Assembly: GCA_900767825.1 (NCBI GenBank)
Contig: CAAGAN010000028.1
Coordinates: 619 to 64,618, forward strand
DNA from: Bacilli bacterium
GTDB taxonomy: Bacteria > Bacillota_I > Bacilli_A > RFN20 > CAG-826
Direction of reading: 5' to 3'
Length of the DNA: 64,000 bases
Shown here: positions 48,691-58,309 of the stretch, piece by piece
Layout of the letters: each line of letters begins with the position of its first letter
How positions within the stretch are numbered: position 1 is the first letter of the stretch
Notes under the pieces: generated by a model
Seen by the model: only the letters and a program-made list of their open reading frames with translations
Told to the model about the DNA's origin: nothing
Databases searched by the model: none
Made by a program: the position numbers and the translations under genes

Positions 48691-50153
48691 TAGTTATCAC
48701 TTCTAGCGAATGAGTTTTTCATTAGCAAGGAAGATTCAAACAATACTTTATCCAATACCTTGTCGGTATGTTTTTGAATTATTCTAGCAATCTCATCATT
48801 AGCCCTTATTAATAATGTTTTATCCTTATTAGATTTAAATTCAGCATCGAATTTATTTAGTAACCTATAAGCATCATTGCTGCAAGCATTTTGGTAACGT
48901 TCAATATGGATGTCATTCTTTTGGAAATGGGCATCCGCTAAAGCAGAAACTAGTCTAGAAGCCCAGTAGAAAGAAGATGTGTCAACTCTTAAAGTTGTAT
49001 TGTTCAAATAGTCAGGTACTTTGTCTACATTTGCATATATAGGTAGCATTGCATTAAATGCATTAGAAGCAAAGCAAACCCATTCAAGTGCAGATATTTC
49101 TTCTTCAACACCGTTTCTAATTTCTAATAATGCTAAGAAAGAAGTACGGTTAACTCCGATTGGACGATATATATTCTTCTTGCTAGAATCGCCTTTTCCA
49201 TATGGGTCATATTCAGTTCCTTGGTAATGAGAAGAAAGGAGATATTTGACATCATTAATAGTAAGCAAATGCTCTGGGATTAATTTAAATGGGATATCAT
49301 CATCTTCTGGGCCATAATCTCTATCTTCACCAGTCCATTTGATAGTTCTTGGACAAATCCGCTTACCCATATACCAAGCCCTAGGAGTGTTATAGATATG
49401 GTCAGAATCGTCATGGCTACCAAAGGCTACACGTGGATTAAATTTATCGCCTTTTCCTGTATAAAGATGGTATTTTTCAATAAATTCTTTTAAATCCGCT
49501 GAACACATGTAGTTGTTTTGGCTTCCATAGGCATCAATAAAATCAAAATCATCCATACCAAATTGGTTAGGCATGATAACTACTTCAGTTTCTTTTACCC
49601 TTCTAGCAATCCAATGATGGCCCCCGATAGTTTCTAGCCACCAAATATCATTTTTATCAGAGAAGGCAATCCCATTAGGTTCATATGTTCCATATTCTTC
49701 TAATAACTTGCCTAATCTACTAACCCCTTCTTTCGCGTTGCTTATAAAAGGCAAGACAAGGGAAACTAAATCTTCTTCCCCTATACCGCCTTTAATTTCC
49801 TTGCCGTCTTTAAATTCTAATTCGACATAAGGATCCGCTCCTAATACCCTAGGGTTACTAGTTATAGTTTCTGTAGCAGACATAGCTACATTCTTTTCAT
49901 TAATCCCAGCAGCACCCCAGACACCTTCATTAGGATCAACGTTAGGCATTAAAGTATGTCTATATCCTTTATTAGGTAATTTAACTTCCACACGGGAATT
50001 AATTGATTTATAGGTTTTCTCTCCTTCATAAGCAGGGACTACCACTAATTTCTTAACATGAAATACTCCACTAGGAGAATCATCGTTTCTAGCTATTATT
50101 GTAGACCCATTATTCGAGGCTTTCTTTCCTACTAATATTGTTGTACAAGGCAT
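48690..50153 (-). CDS. C69-family dipeptidase (PepD-like)
   Basis: 487 aa. N-terminal MPCTTILVGK has the nucleophile Cys at position 3, typical of peptidase C69. Confidence 0.85.
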   Translation of the reverse strand: MPCTTILVGKKASNNGSTIIARNDDSPSGVFHVKKLVVVPAYEGEKTYKSINSRVEVKLPNKGYRHTLMPNVDPNEGVWGAAGINEKNVAMSATETITSNPRVLGADPYVELEFKDGKEIKGGIGEEDLVSLVLPFISNAKEGVSRLGKLLEEYGTYEPNGIAFSDKNDIWWLETIGGHHWIARRVKETEVVIMPNQFGMDDFDFIDAYGSQNNYMCSADLKEFIEKYHLYTGKGDKFNPRVAFGSHDDSDHIYNTPRAWYMGKRICPRTIKWTGEDRDYGPEDDDIPFKLIPEHLLTINDVKYLLSSHYQGTEYDPYGKGDSSKKNIYRPIGVNRTSFLALLEIRNGVEEEISALEWVCFASNAFNAMLPIYANVDKVPDYLNNTTLRVDTSSFYWASRLVSALADAHFQKNDIHIERYQNACSNDAYRLLNKFDAEFKSNKDKTLLIRANDEIARIIQKHTDKVLDKVLFESSLLMKNSFARSDN

Positions 50154-50218
50154 AAATGTTAACTCAACTTTCCTTTCTAATTATACCCTTAAATATCACT
50201 AGGGATAGCAATAATGCT

Positions 50219-51172
50219 TTAAGAATGTTTTTTAGTTTTGTATATAAAGTGGAATAAGCTTATTCCAATAAGCAAAAGACCCTCAATAATCCTGATAAAT
50301 ATTGATAATAATGATGTATTTAACATGACGTTTTCAGTCAAGGAAAGGACATAATCCAGTTTAAGGAAAGTACTATTTAAATATATCCCAACTATAAATA
50401 AGGCAATAAAAACAATCCCTCCGAAGACAGCAAAATCCATTCCCTTGTTAAATAAAGAACCAAACAAAAGAACAATAGATGCAAAAGTAAACGAAGAAAG
50501 TAGTCCAAAAGGAATTCGTTTAGAACAAATCTCAATTAAACCAACCTTTTCCCAGTCACTTCCATTAAATAAAAGGACATAATCACCATCAACAATAGAA
50601 AATCCAATTAGATAAAATAAAAAATAAGCTATTAAAACAAAAACATAGTAAGAGATAAGCTTGCCGGTAATGAAATTTCGCTTACTAACATTTGTGGATA
50701 ATACATTTTTATAATATGTTTTATTCTCGGTTGAAAAGAATAATTGGTAACTCAAGAAAGGGCAAAGCAATAAAAAGATGAATGGAATGAATGAAACAAA
50801 GCAAGAATAACGTGATAGATTAATTTCTCTTCCTAACCCATCATAAGGATTAGACCCTATAACAAAGAACTTGTCATATTTAAGATTATTGCTAACGATC
50901 AAAGAAAAATATTGATACTTATAAAGATATTCAACATCCCCACTAGATTTATAAAGCTCGTAATATTTATCCATGTTCGAGCTGCACATATGCATAAACA
51001 AAGGAGCGTCTGCATTCCCGTTTTTTAATACAAATGGTAATAAAAGTATCAAAGCAAGCATACAAACTACCGAAATAATTAAAAACATAAACAAAGGTCC
51101 ATCTAAAAAGACTCTTTTGCAAGAATAGATAAAAGACCTCTTAATTTCGCCTTTATATATCTGCTTTTTCAT
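50219..51172 (-). CDS. polytopic membrane protein, probable ABC-2-type permease subunit
   Basis: Multiple hydrophobic helices, in an operon with the ABC ATPase. I place the start at ATG 51172 (MKKQIYKG). Confidence 0.5.
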   Translation of the reverse strand: MKKQIYKGEIKRSFIYSCKRVFLDGPLFMFLIISVVCMLALILLLPFVLKNGNADAPLFMHMCSSNMDKYYELYKSSGDVEYLYKYQYFSLIVSNNLKYDKFFVIGSNPYDGLGREINLSRYSCFVSFIPFIFLLLCPFLSYQLFFSTENKTYYKNVLSTNVSKRNFITGKLISYYVFVLIAYFLFYLIGFSIVDGDYVLLFNGSDWEKVGLIEICSKRIPFGLLSSFTFASIVLLFGSLFNKGMDFAVFGGIVFIALFIVGIYLNSTFLKLDYVLSLTENVMLNTSLLSIFIRIIEGLLLIGISLFHFIYKTKKHS

Positions 51173-52112
51173 ATAATCTCCTATTAACGAATAGTAGCAA
51201 CAAGGCAAAAACTAAATGAATGGATAAACTAATCCAAAGCAAATAACTAGAACCATAGAAAGGAAGAGTGGTTAAACTAGAAAAGGGGAAATAGCTACAA
51301 ATAATTTCTTTATCGTATTTTTTATCGTTAGTTAAAGCCACGGAAGTCAAAAATAGAATAACAACCACTGCAATTGGAACAAAAAGCGACATCAGGTTAT
51401 CCTTTAGAAGAATACCAATAAAACTAGTTAACATTGTAAAAAGAAAACTACAAACAAGGCAAACTAGAAACATAATTAGGACCACTTCTAGAACGCTATG
51501 TTCAAATACCAATTCATTGATTTGCCTCAAAATATGATACCCATGTATTGGAATAGTAAAGAAAAGCAATAATAGAAATAGCAAAATAGAAAATCCTAAA
51601 TCAAAAAGAAATGACAACAATAAAGTATCGTTAAATAACTTCTTTCTATCTTTATTAGAAGAAAGGATGTTTTTTATTCTTTTGCTAGAGAAATCAAAAG
51701 AAAAGGCAAATCCCCCGATAGCCACTCCAAAGAAACAACTAAACAAAGGAAAAAGCAAAGTTGCCATAAAATAAAACGCACAAGAAACTTCCTGACCTTC
51801 AATTGGCATCGAGTTATCAAAATACATCCATCTTGCCTTATTGTTGCTTAATAAGTATTGATATAAAGCTGTCTCTAGGTTGAAGGTTCTTTGATCGATA
51901 GCCCCGATTTCTAATGCATCTTTTTGGGAGTCAATATATTTTGAATATTCATTTAAAGAAGACTGCAAATCCCCGTCAAGAGAACTAGTTGTTCTAAAAG
52001 TCAAAGCAAAACAAACAAAAAACAAAATCAAAAGGAAAAGAATCGATACAGTTATCAAATATCTTTTATTTTCCTTTAACAAGGCAAGCTTATATTTAGC
52101 CACCCCACTCAT
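51153..52112 (-). CDS. polytopic membrane protein, probable ABC-2-type permease subunit
   Basis: 319 aa. An N-terminal TM helix, a loop, then a cluster of TM helices. Its start shares a 1-nt overlap with the ATPase stop. Confidence 0.5.
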   Translation of the reverse strand: MSGVAKYKLALLKENKRYLITVSILFLLILFFVCFALTFRTTSSLDGDLQSSLNEYSKYIDSQKDALEIGAIDQRTFNLETALYQYLLSNNKARWMYFDNSMPIEGQEVSCAFYFMATLLFPLFSCFFGVAIGGFAFSFDFSSKRIKNILSSNKDRKKLFNDTLLLSFLFDLGFSILLFLLLLFFTIPIHGYHILRQINELVFEHSVLEVVLIMFLVCLVCSFLFTMLTSFIGILLKDNLMSLFVPIAVVVILFLTSVALTNDKKYDKEIICSYFPFSSLTTLPFYGSSYLLWISLSIHLVFALLLLFVNRRLYEKADI

Positions 52113-52825
52113 TATTCTACCTCGCCAGTAGTCTTCGATATTTCTTCAAACTTAGAGAATAGATCTATCTCTTTCGGATTTTTGCTATGGAACCCAATCG
52201 TACCAGAAGAAATGATAAATACCTCATCGCAAAAAGATTGGAGTTCCCTTATCTCATGAGAAGAAATCAATATAGTTGACCCATTAGAAGAGAATTCTTT
52301 CAATAATTTTTCAAAAATAATAACCGTAACAGGATCGACCCCATTAAAAGGTTCATCCAAGACCAATATATCGGGTTTGTTCATTATAGATAAAGCAAAA
52401 TATAATCTTTGCTTCATACCCAAAGAATAAGTCTTATATTTATCTTTGGCCCTTTTCTCTAGGCCCACTTGTCTTAAAGCCCAGGAAATATTATCCATAT
52501 TGAAATTAGAATATAATCCTGCGATTAAAGATAGGTTTTCGTATCCAGATAGATGTTGATAAAACACTGGTTCTTCTATCATGAAACCAATATTGAGTTT
52601 TTCTTTTTCCTCAACACTAATTCCATCATAACTAATATGGCCTGAATCTAGATGGTCTAAGCCTACCATTATCTTCATTAAAGTAGATTTTCCAGCCCCA
52701 TTCGCCCCAATTAATCCAGATATCTTACCTTTTTCAATATTTAAAGATATTCCCTTAAGGACTTTCTTTTTACCAAATGATTTATAAACATTATCGATGC
52801 TAATCATATATGGATATCTACTCAC
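52112..52825 (-). CDS. ABC transporter ATP-binding protein (ABC-2/BcrA-like subfamily)
   Basis: Walker A GANGAGKST, signature YSLGMKQRL, Walker B LVLDEPFNGVD. The start codon is uncertain (GTG 52825 or ATG 52807). Confidence 0.9.
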   Translation of the reverse strand: MSRYPYMISIDNVYKSFGKKKVLKGISLNIEKGKISGLIGANGAGKSTLMKIMVGLDHLDSGHISYDGISVEEKEKLNIGFMIEEPVFYQHLSGYENLSLIAGLYSNFNMDNISWALRQVGLEKRAKDKYKTYSLGMKQRLYFALSIMNKPDILVLDEPFNGVDPVTVIIFEKLLKEFSSNGSTILISSHEIRELQSFCDEVFIISSGTIGFHSKNPKEIDLFSKFEEISKTTGEVE

Positions 52826-52901
52826 CCCTCTCTTTCTTGATTTTAATTAGCCTTAAACAAAAATCAACTTAAAAACGAGTCATATCTAGGAAAACAAATT
52901 T

Positions 52902-52939
52902 AGAACAGCGTTTTTACAATTTCTTTACATTTATTTACA
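52902..52939 (+). promoter_or_regulatory. Pho-box array (PhoP-type direct repeats) upstream of pstS
   Basis: AGAACA (52902), TTTACA (52913), TTTACA (52924) and TTTACA (52934), spaced at 11, 11 and 10 bp. A TATAAG -10-like hexamer follows at 52949..52954. Confidence 0.55.
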
Positions 52940-53005
52940 AGTTGATGATATAAGCCCTTTTATCCTCCTTTTACAATTTTTGCGTTACAAATGAAGGAAA
53001 AAGAA

Positions 53006-53983
53006 ATGAAAAACAAAATTAAATCCGTACTCCTATTTGCTGCAACGCTAACATTAGCTGGATGCGGAGAAACCTCTGAAAGCGGAACTTCTTCAACCAA
53101 GGAAAAAGAAATATTCACCCCAGTCGAACTATTATCCTGTGGTTCTACCTCAGTTGATAAAGTCATCACAAGCTTAGGCAATAAATTTGCCTCCTTAACC
53201 AATAACAAGGTTACATTAAAGAAAGATCAACATGGCTCTGGCGATGCTACTAAAGGTGTCACCGATGGCAAGAATAATGTCAAATACGATATCGGATTCC
53301 TATCTAGAGAAATCAAAGACAGCGAAAAAGCCACTTTAAATGAAGCCAATAAGAATGGCAAGATGTGCAAAGATGCTGTTGTTGCTATCGTAAATGAATC
53401 TAATTCATATAAAGCTACCGATGCTGCTACTTTGACCTCTATCTATAAAGGCGAAAAGAAAGCTTGGAGCGAAGTTGGTTCTAGTTTAACTGGCAATATC
53501 CAACTCTATTCTAGAGAGGCTGGATCAGGAACTAGAGAATGTTTCTTTGAAGGTATCGGCTATGGCGCAGTCAAAGCCGAAGATAAATGGAATGAAGGGG
53601 TCATCGTTTCTAGCCAAGCTTCTAATGGTGATATGATGAATGCCATTAAAGCTGCTGCTAATGGCATTGGATATTGTTCTTTGGATTCTCTTTCAAGTGC
53701 TACCGGAATTAAAGGATTAACTTTTGATGGAGTCGTCGCAAGTGAAGAAACCGTTAATGATGGAACTTATAAACTAAGCCGTAATTTCAATTATGTCATT
53801 AGAGGCGACTATGAAGAAAATAGTTCCCGTAAATTAGCAGTCAATGCCTTTGTTGACTTTATGACTACCAAAGAAGGACTTGCCTGCATCAAATCTGCTG
53901 GTGGAATTGTTTCTGGATTAGAAAGCGCCCCAACCTGGTCAAGTGTCCAACAAAGCAAATATACTGCTTTGTCTTCTAAATAA
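53006..53983 (+). CDS. pstS: phosphate ABC transporter substrate-binding lipoprotein PstS
   Basis: Lipobox LAGC, plus GSGTRE and PstS-family blocks. I place the start at ATG 53006 (MKNKIKS) because AAGGA lies 8 nt upstream. The ORF-track ATG at 52991 has no SD. Confidence 0.9.
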   Translation: MKNKIKSVLLFAATLTLAGCGETSESGTSSTKEKEIFTPVELLSCGSTSVDKVITSLGNKFASLTNNKVTLKKDQHGSGDATKGVTDGKNNVKYDIGFLSREIKDSEKATLNEANKNGKMCKDAVVAIVNESNSYKATDAATLTSIYKGEKKAWSEVGSSLTGNIQLYSREAGSGTRECFFEGIGYGAVKAEDKWNEGVIVSSQASNGDMMNAIKAAANGIGYCSLDSLSSATGIKGLTFDGVVASEETVNDGTYKLSRNFNYVIRGDYEENSSRKLAVNAFVDFMTTKEGLACIKSAGGIVSGLESAPTWSSVQQSKYTALSSK

Positions 53984-54981
53984 TGGATTTAGCCGAATTA
54001 GAAAACAAAAAATATCAAAGAAAGAACCTTCTAGATAAGATTCTAAAAGGTTTTTTCTTGTTTTTAGCGATAGTTTGCGCTTGTTTTGTTATTTTCATCG
54101 CCCTTTTTATTACATATAAAGGGGTATACCCATTCATCCATAATTATTCATTGGGTGGAAGTGAATATATCCATCAAGACTTTAAGATGTTCTTTATTAA
54201 TTCTAGATGGCTATATAACGGGATGGGTGGCATGTTTTTCTTGTTGTTAACAACTTTATATACCACCGCTTTAAGCTTAATAATATCTGTACCAACTTCT
54301 ATATTTACCGCCCTTCTTCTTTCTAGGATTGTTCCTAAAAAGATAAAAGCAGTATTAGAGACTTGCGTTGAATTATTAGCATCTATCCCTTCTGTCATAT
54401 TCGGTTTATTTGGAGTTGGGGTAATTTGTCCAATGGTTGCTTCGTTAGGAATAGAGACCTTTGGAGGAAGATCGACTTTATCCGCGGTTATTATCTTGGC
54501 CATTATGTCAATTCCTACGATGACAATGCTCTCATATAATGCGATGGAAGGGGTTGATAAAAGATTAATTGAATCATCCTTGGCCTTAGGAGCTAGTTCT
54601 ACCCAAACTAATTTCAAAATCGTAATTGGTTCTTCTATTTCCGGTATATTCGCCGGGATTATTTTAGGCATAGGAAGAGCCTTAGGAGAAGCAACAGCCG
54701 TCCAGATGGTTATAGGAAATAATTCATTAGGCACTTCTTTCTATAACATATTCGCACCAGGAAATACTTTAACTAGCGCAATGCTTACTGGAATTGGTGA
54801 AGCTAGCGGGATTGGATATGATGTTAGATTCTCGCTTGGATTAGTATTAATCATTTTAATCATGTTAGTGTCCTCTTCTTTATCCGCTATAAAAAGAAGG
54901 CTTAACCCCTACTATAAAAAGCAAGATTCATTGCTATATAAAATAAAAGCTAGATTTAGCAAAAAGAAAGGGGGCATGTAG
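53983..54981 (+). CDS. pstC: phosphate ABC transporter permease PstC
   Basis: 332 aa. Permease EAA-like loop ESSLALGASSTQTNFKIV. Confidence 0.9.
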   Translation: MDLAELENKKYQRKNLLDKILKGFFLFLAIVCACFVIFIALFITYKGVYPFIHNYSLGGSEYIHQDFKMFFINSRWLYNGMGGMFFLLLTTLYTTALSLIISVPTSIFTALLLSRIVPKKIKAVLETCVELLASIPSVIFGLFGVGVICPMVASLGIETFGGRSTLSAVIILAIMSIPTMTMLSYNAMEGVDKRLIESSLALGASSTQTNFKIVIGSSISGIFAGIILGIGRALGEATAVQMVIGNNSLGTSFYNIFAPGNTLTSAMLTGIGEASGIGYDVRFSLGLVLIILIMLVSSSLSAIKRRLNPYYKKQDSLLYKIKARFSKKKGGM

Positions 54982-54983
54982 TC

Positions 54984-56222
54984 ATGATTAACATTAAGAA
55001 AGCATTTTCCCTTTCAAAAGATAAACAAAGAAAAATAAAAGACGGGGCAGGATTAGGAAGTATATTCCTCTTCTCTTCTTTTACTTTCATTATCCTAATT
55101 TGGATGATTGTATATGTCTTCCAAAATGGAACTTCATTATTAAATTCGAATTTCCTACTTGGTGATTATTCCCAAAAAGTAACTACTATAAAAAGTGAAG
55201 ACAGTAGCTATGTACCTTTAGAATATAACTTTGAAAACACTTCTAAAGCTGAAAACTTTTCTTCTAGATGGGGGATAGGAATAGAAAATCGAACCCATAG
55301 CGAAGAAAATGTTATCTATATAGTAAGCATAGAAAAAGATTCTCCATTCCTAGACTTAGTAGATAATAACAACGAAAAAGTAACCATAGATACTTCTTAT
55401 TATTTATCTAGCCTTACTTTATTTATGGATGATGGGGATATTGAAGTATTTGGTCCAAAAGATGGGGCATCTAACATAGTTAAAGGATTAGATAAAGCCT
55501 ATTCGATATTCGATGGAACCTTAACTAGCCCAGGAAAAGGAATAAGAGGATCATTGCTTACTACTCTTGCCTTAATTGGATTTTCGTTACTATTCTCTCT
55601 TCCTTTAGGCATAGGGGGTGCAATATACCTATCTTGTTATGCGAAAGATAATTTCATCGCAAACATGATTAGGACATTAATTGATGTTACTAGTGGTATC
55701 CCATCAATTATATTTGGTTTAGCAGGTGCGATTATATTTATCCCCTTCCTAAATACCATTACTTCTACTAACGGGGGTTCATTATTTTCTGGTTCACTAA
55801 CTATGGCCATAATGTTACTTCCAACAATCGTAAAAACTGTTGAAGAATCAATTAAGATGGTACCCCGCTCATTAAAAGATGCTTCTTTATCGCTTGGAGC
55901 AAGCCAGGCCCAAACAATATTTAAAATAATCTTGCCTAATGCAATGCCAGGTATATTAAGCGCTACACTTCTTTCAATAGGAAGAATAATTGGAGAATCA
56001 GCCGCCTTAATATTCTCAATGGGTGCCATAATCGGAGATAATTTATCTTTATTAGAAGGACATGCTTCCTTAGCAGTCCATATTTGGACATGCTTACAAG
56101 GGGAAACCCCTCAATATGGGTCAGCATGTGCCATTTCAATAATCATATTGATAGTAGTTTTGCTCTTGTCTTTATTAGTAAAACTTCTCTCCTTTAGCTT
56201 AAAGAAAAAGAAAGGAATATAG
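54984..56222 (+). CDS. pstA: phosphate ABC transporter permease PstA (with enlarged extracytoplasmic loop)
   Basis: 412 aa. EAA-like loop [20 protein letters not shown]. About 130 non-hydrophobic residues lie between TM1 and TM2. Confidence 0.9.
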   Translation: MINIKKAFSLSKDKQRKIKDGAGLGSIFLFSSFTFIILIWMIVYVFQNGTSLLNSNFLLGDYSQKVTTIKSEDSSYVPLEYNFENTSKAENFSSRWGIGIENRTHSEENVIYIVSIEKDSPFLDLVDNNNEKVTIDTSYYLSSLTLFMDDGDIEVFGPKDGASNIVKGLDKAYSIFDGTLTSPGKGIRGSLLTTLALIGFSLLFSLPLGIGGAIYLSCYAKDNFIANMIRTLIDVTSGIPSIIFGLAGAIIFIPFLNTITSTNGGSLFSGSLTMAIMLLPTIVKTVEESIKMVPRSLKDASLSLGASQAQTIFKIILPNAMPGILSATLLSIGRIIGESAALIFSMGAIIGDNLSLLEGHASLAVHIWTCLQGETPQYGSACAISIIILIVVLLLSLLVKLLSFSLKKKKGI

Positions 56223-56224
56223 AT

Positions 56225-56983
56225 ATGGAGCAAACTATATTTAGCTGCAAAGATGTAAATCTATATTATGAAGGGGGCAAAAAGCACGCCTTAAAAGACA
56301 TTAATATAGATATATACAAAAATAAAGTTACAGCATTTATTGGTCCTTCTGGGTGTGGTAAATCCACTTTATTACGTTGTTTTAACAGAATGAATGACTT
56401 AATAGATGGATGTAAGATTGAAGGCGATATCAAGTTTAATGATGTCGATATAAATTCGCTTAATACAATCTATTTAAGAACGCAGGTCGGCATGGTATTC
56501 CAACAACCAAATCCATTTCCGATGTCTATCAAAAATAACGTCATCTATGGTCCAAAATGCCAAGGTGAAAGAAATAAGCAAATACTTAATGATTTGTTAA
56601 TCGATTCATTAAAAGGTGCTTCTTTATATGATGAAGTCAAAGATGATTTAGGCAAAAGTGGTTTATCTTTATCAGGAGGCCAACAACAAAGGCTATGTAT
56701 TGCTAGAGCTTTAGCAATGAAACCTGATGTCATATTAATGGATGAACCTACTTCCGCTTTAGACCCAATTGCCACCTTGAAAATTGAAGAATTAATAAAA
56801 GAATTAAAGAAGAAATATACGATTGTAATTGTTACCCATAACATGCAACAGGCTGCTAGAATTAGCGATTATACCGCCTTCTTCATGCTTGGAGAATTAG
56901 TTGAATATAACAAGACAGAACTCTTCTTTGCTCATCCTAAAGATAAACGTAGCAATGATTATATAACTGGGAGGTTTGGATAA
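56225..56983 (+). CDS. pstB: phosphate ABC transporter ATP-binding protein PstB
   Basis: [40 protein letters not shown]. Confidence 0.95.
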   Translation: MEQTIFSCKDVNLYYEGGKKHALKDINIDIYKNKVTAFIGPSGCGKSTLLRCFNRMNDLIDGCKIEGDIKFNDVDINSLNTIYLRTQVGMVFQQPNPFPMSIKNNVIYGPKCQGERNKQILNDLLIDSLKGASLYDEVKDDLGKSGLSLSGGQQQRLCIARALAMKPDVILMDEPTSALDPIATLKIEELIKELKKKYTIVIVTHNMQQAARISDYTAFFMLGELVEYNKTELFFAHPKDKRSNDYITGRFG

Positions 56984-57627
56984 TGGAATTAGATGCAAAA
57001 ATAGAAAAGATAACTATCGATACGATAAAGATGTTCGATTTGACTTTGGAATATCTAGAAAGTGCGGTCGATATCTATCTAAATAACAGCCTCATTACTC
57101 TTCCTAAGATAAATGATGATTCAATTGACCATCTAGAAAGATCAATTGAAGAAGAATGCCTTCGTTTAATATTAAAAGAAAGACCTTTTGCCAAAGATTT
57201 AAGGAAAGTAACCGGGGTATTTAAATTAGTTGAAGACATAGAGCGTCTTGGCGATCATAGCGAGGACATACTTTGGACTGCGACCAATTTATTAAAATAT
57301 TCATCAAATTTGACCTTACCTACTATAAAAGAAGAAATAAAAGTAGCCATGTCTATGGTTAAGGATTCCTATAATGTCTTTGCTAAAGCAGATGTAGCAT
57401 TAGCAAAGAATATTTGTAATAGAGATGACATAGTAGATAATTTATATATTAAGTCATTAAAGGAGATCCCGGAATTCAAAGACAAATACAACTTGGGTGA
57501 CGAATTTATACTATATTCAACTTTGCTAGTAAAATATGTTGAACGTTTGGCAGATCACGCGTCTAATATAGCCGAATGGGTCAATTATATCGAAGATGGA
57601 TATTACAAGGATGGAGTGATTATCTAA
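56983..57627 (+). CDS. phoU: phosphate signalling complex protein PhoU
   Basis: 214 aa. Two PhoU repeats containing E..GD/ADH motifs (ERLGDHSED and ERLADHASN). Confidence 0.9.
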   Translation: MELDAKIEKITIDTIKMFDLTLEYLESAVDIYLNNSLITLPKINDDSIDHLERSIEEECLRLILKERPFAKDLRKVTGVFKLVEDIERLGDHSEDILWTATNLLKYSSNLTLPTIKEEIKVAMSMVKDSYNVFAKADVALAKNICNRDDIVDNLYIKSLKEIPEFKDKYNLGDEFILYSTLLVKYVERLADHASNIAEWVNYIEDGYYKDGVII

Positions 57628-57628
57628 A

Positions 57629-58309
57629 ATGAATAACAACAACTACCTAATCTATTCTCTTGAAGATGATGTAAACATATCTCACTTAATCGAGCTAGCC
57701 CTTTCTGGGCAAGGATATAATGTCGTTCCTTTTCTTGATTTCGCCTCTTTCTCCACTGCTTTTAAGAAAAAGAAGCCAAATATGATTCTATTAGATTTGA
57801 TGCTTCCAACTATAACAGGAGAAGAAATATTAAAATCTATTAGAAGCAATCCATATAATGATGATATCGAAATAATTATCATCTCCGCTAAAAACTTGCC
57901 TATTAATAAAATCGATGGGCTTAACCTTGGAGCGGATGATTATATAGCTAAGCCATTTGATATTTTAGAGCTTATTTCTAGAGTCAACGCTAGAAGCAGG
58001 AGATTATTAAAAAGAAGCATCTACCATATCCGTGATTTAACTTTCGATAAATCAGCGATGTCAGTTAAAAGAGGGAATGAAGAAATCCATCTTACCAAGG
58101 GCGAAAGCGTTGTTATCTTCGAACTTCTTTCTCATCTAGGAGAAATAGTCCCTAGGGAAACCTTGTTTACTGCCTTATGGGGAAATGATGGGAATTTTGA
58201 GACTAGAACATTAGATATGCATATCAAGCAACTTAGGAAAAAGCTTGGTAAAGATGCAGATTTAATAGAAACTTCATACGGGGCAGGTTATAGATTCAAA
58301 AATGAGTAA
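57629..58309 (+). CDS. phoP: OmpR-family response regulator (PhoP-like)
   Basis: Receiver domain with EDD and ILLDLMLP, plus a winged-helix C-terminus ...YGAGYRF. The symbol is assigned from operon context. Confidence 0.85.
   Translation: MNNNNYLIYSLEDDVNISHLIELALSGQGYNVVPFLDFASFSTAFKKKKPNMILLDLMLPTITGEEILKSIRSNPYNDDIEIIIISAKNLPINKIDGLNLGADDYIAKPFDILELISRVNARSRRLLKRSIYHIRDLTFDKSAMSVKRGNEEIHLTKGESVVIFELLSHLGEIVPRETLFTALWGNDGNFETRTLDMHIKQLRKKLGKDADLIETSYGAGYRFKNE

Noticed and set aside
52960-53208. An 82-aa minus-strand ORF overlapping the pstS start, and the CCTCC element at 52964..52968.
   Set aside because: The ORF is antisense to pstS and its promoter region. The CCTCC is not positioned upstream of any minus-strand start, and it showed no convincing pairing with the pstS SD.
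54174-54734. A 186-aa minus-strand ORF inside pstC. Similar long antisense ORFs occur at 55637..56029, 47953..48441, 13493..13927, 21625..22047, 10963..11310, 7976..8314, 42199..42546 and 44050..44400.
   Set aside because: Each lies fully inside a confidently identified gene on the opposite strand. None has a start context or a recognisable motif. This is the usual result of codon-position bias in AT-rich genomes.
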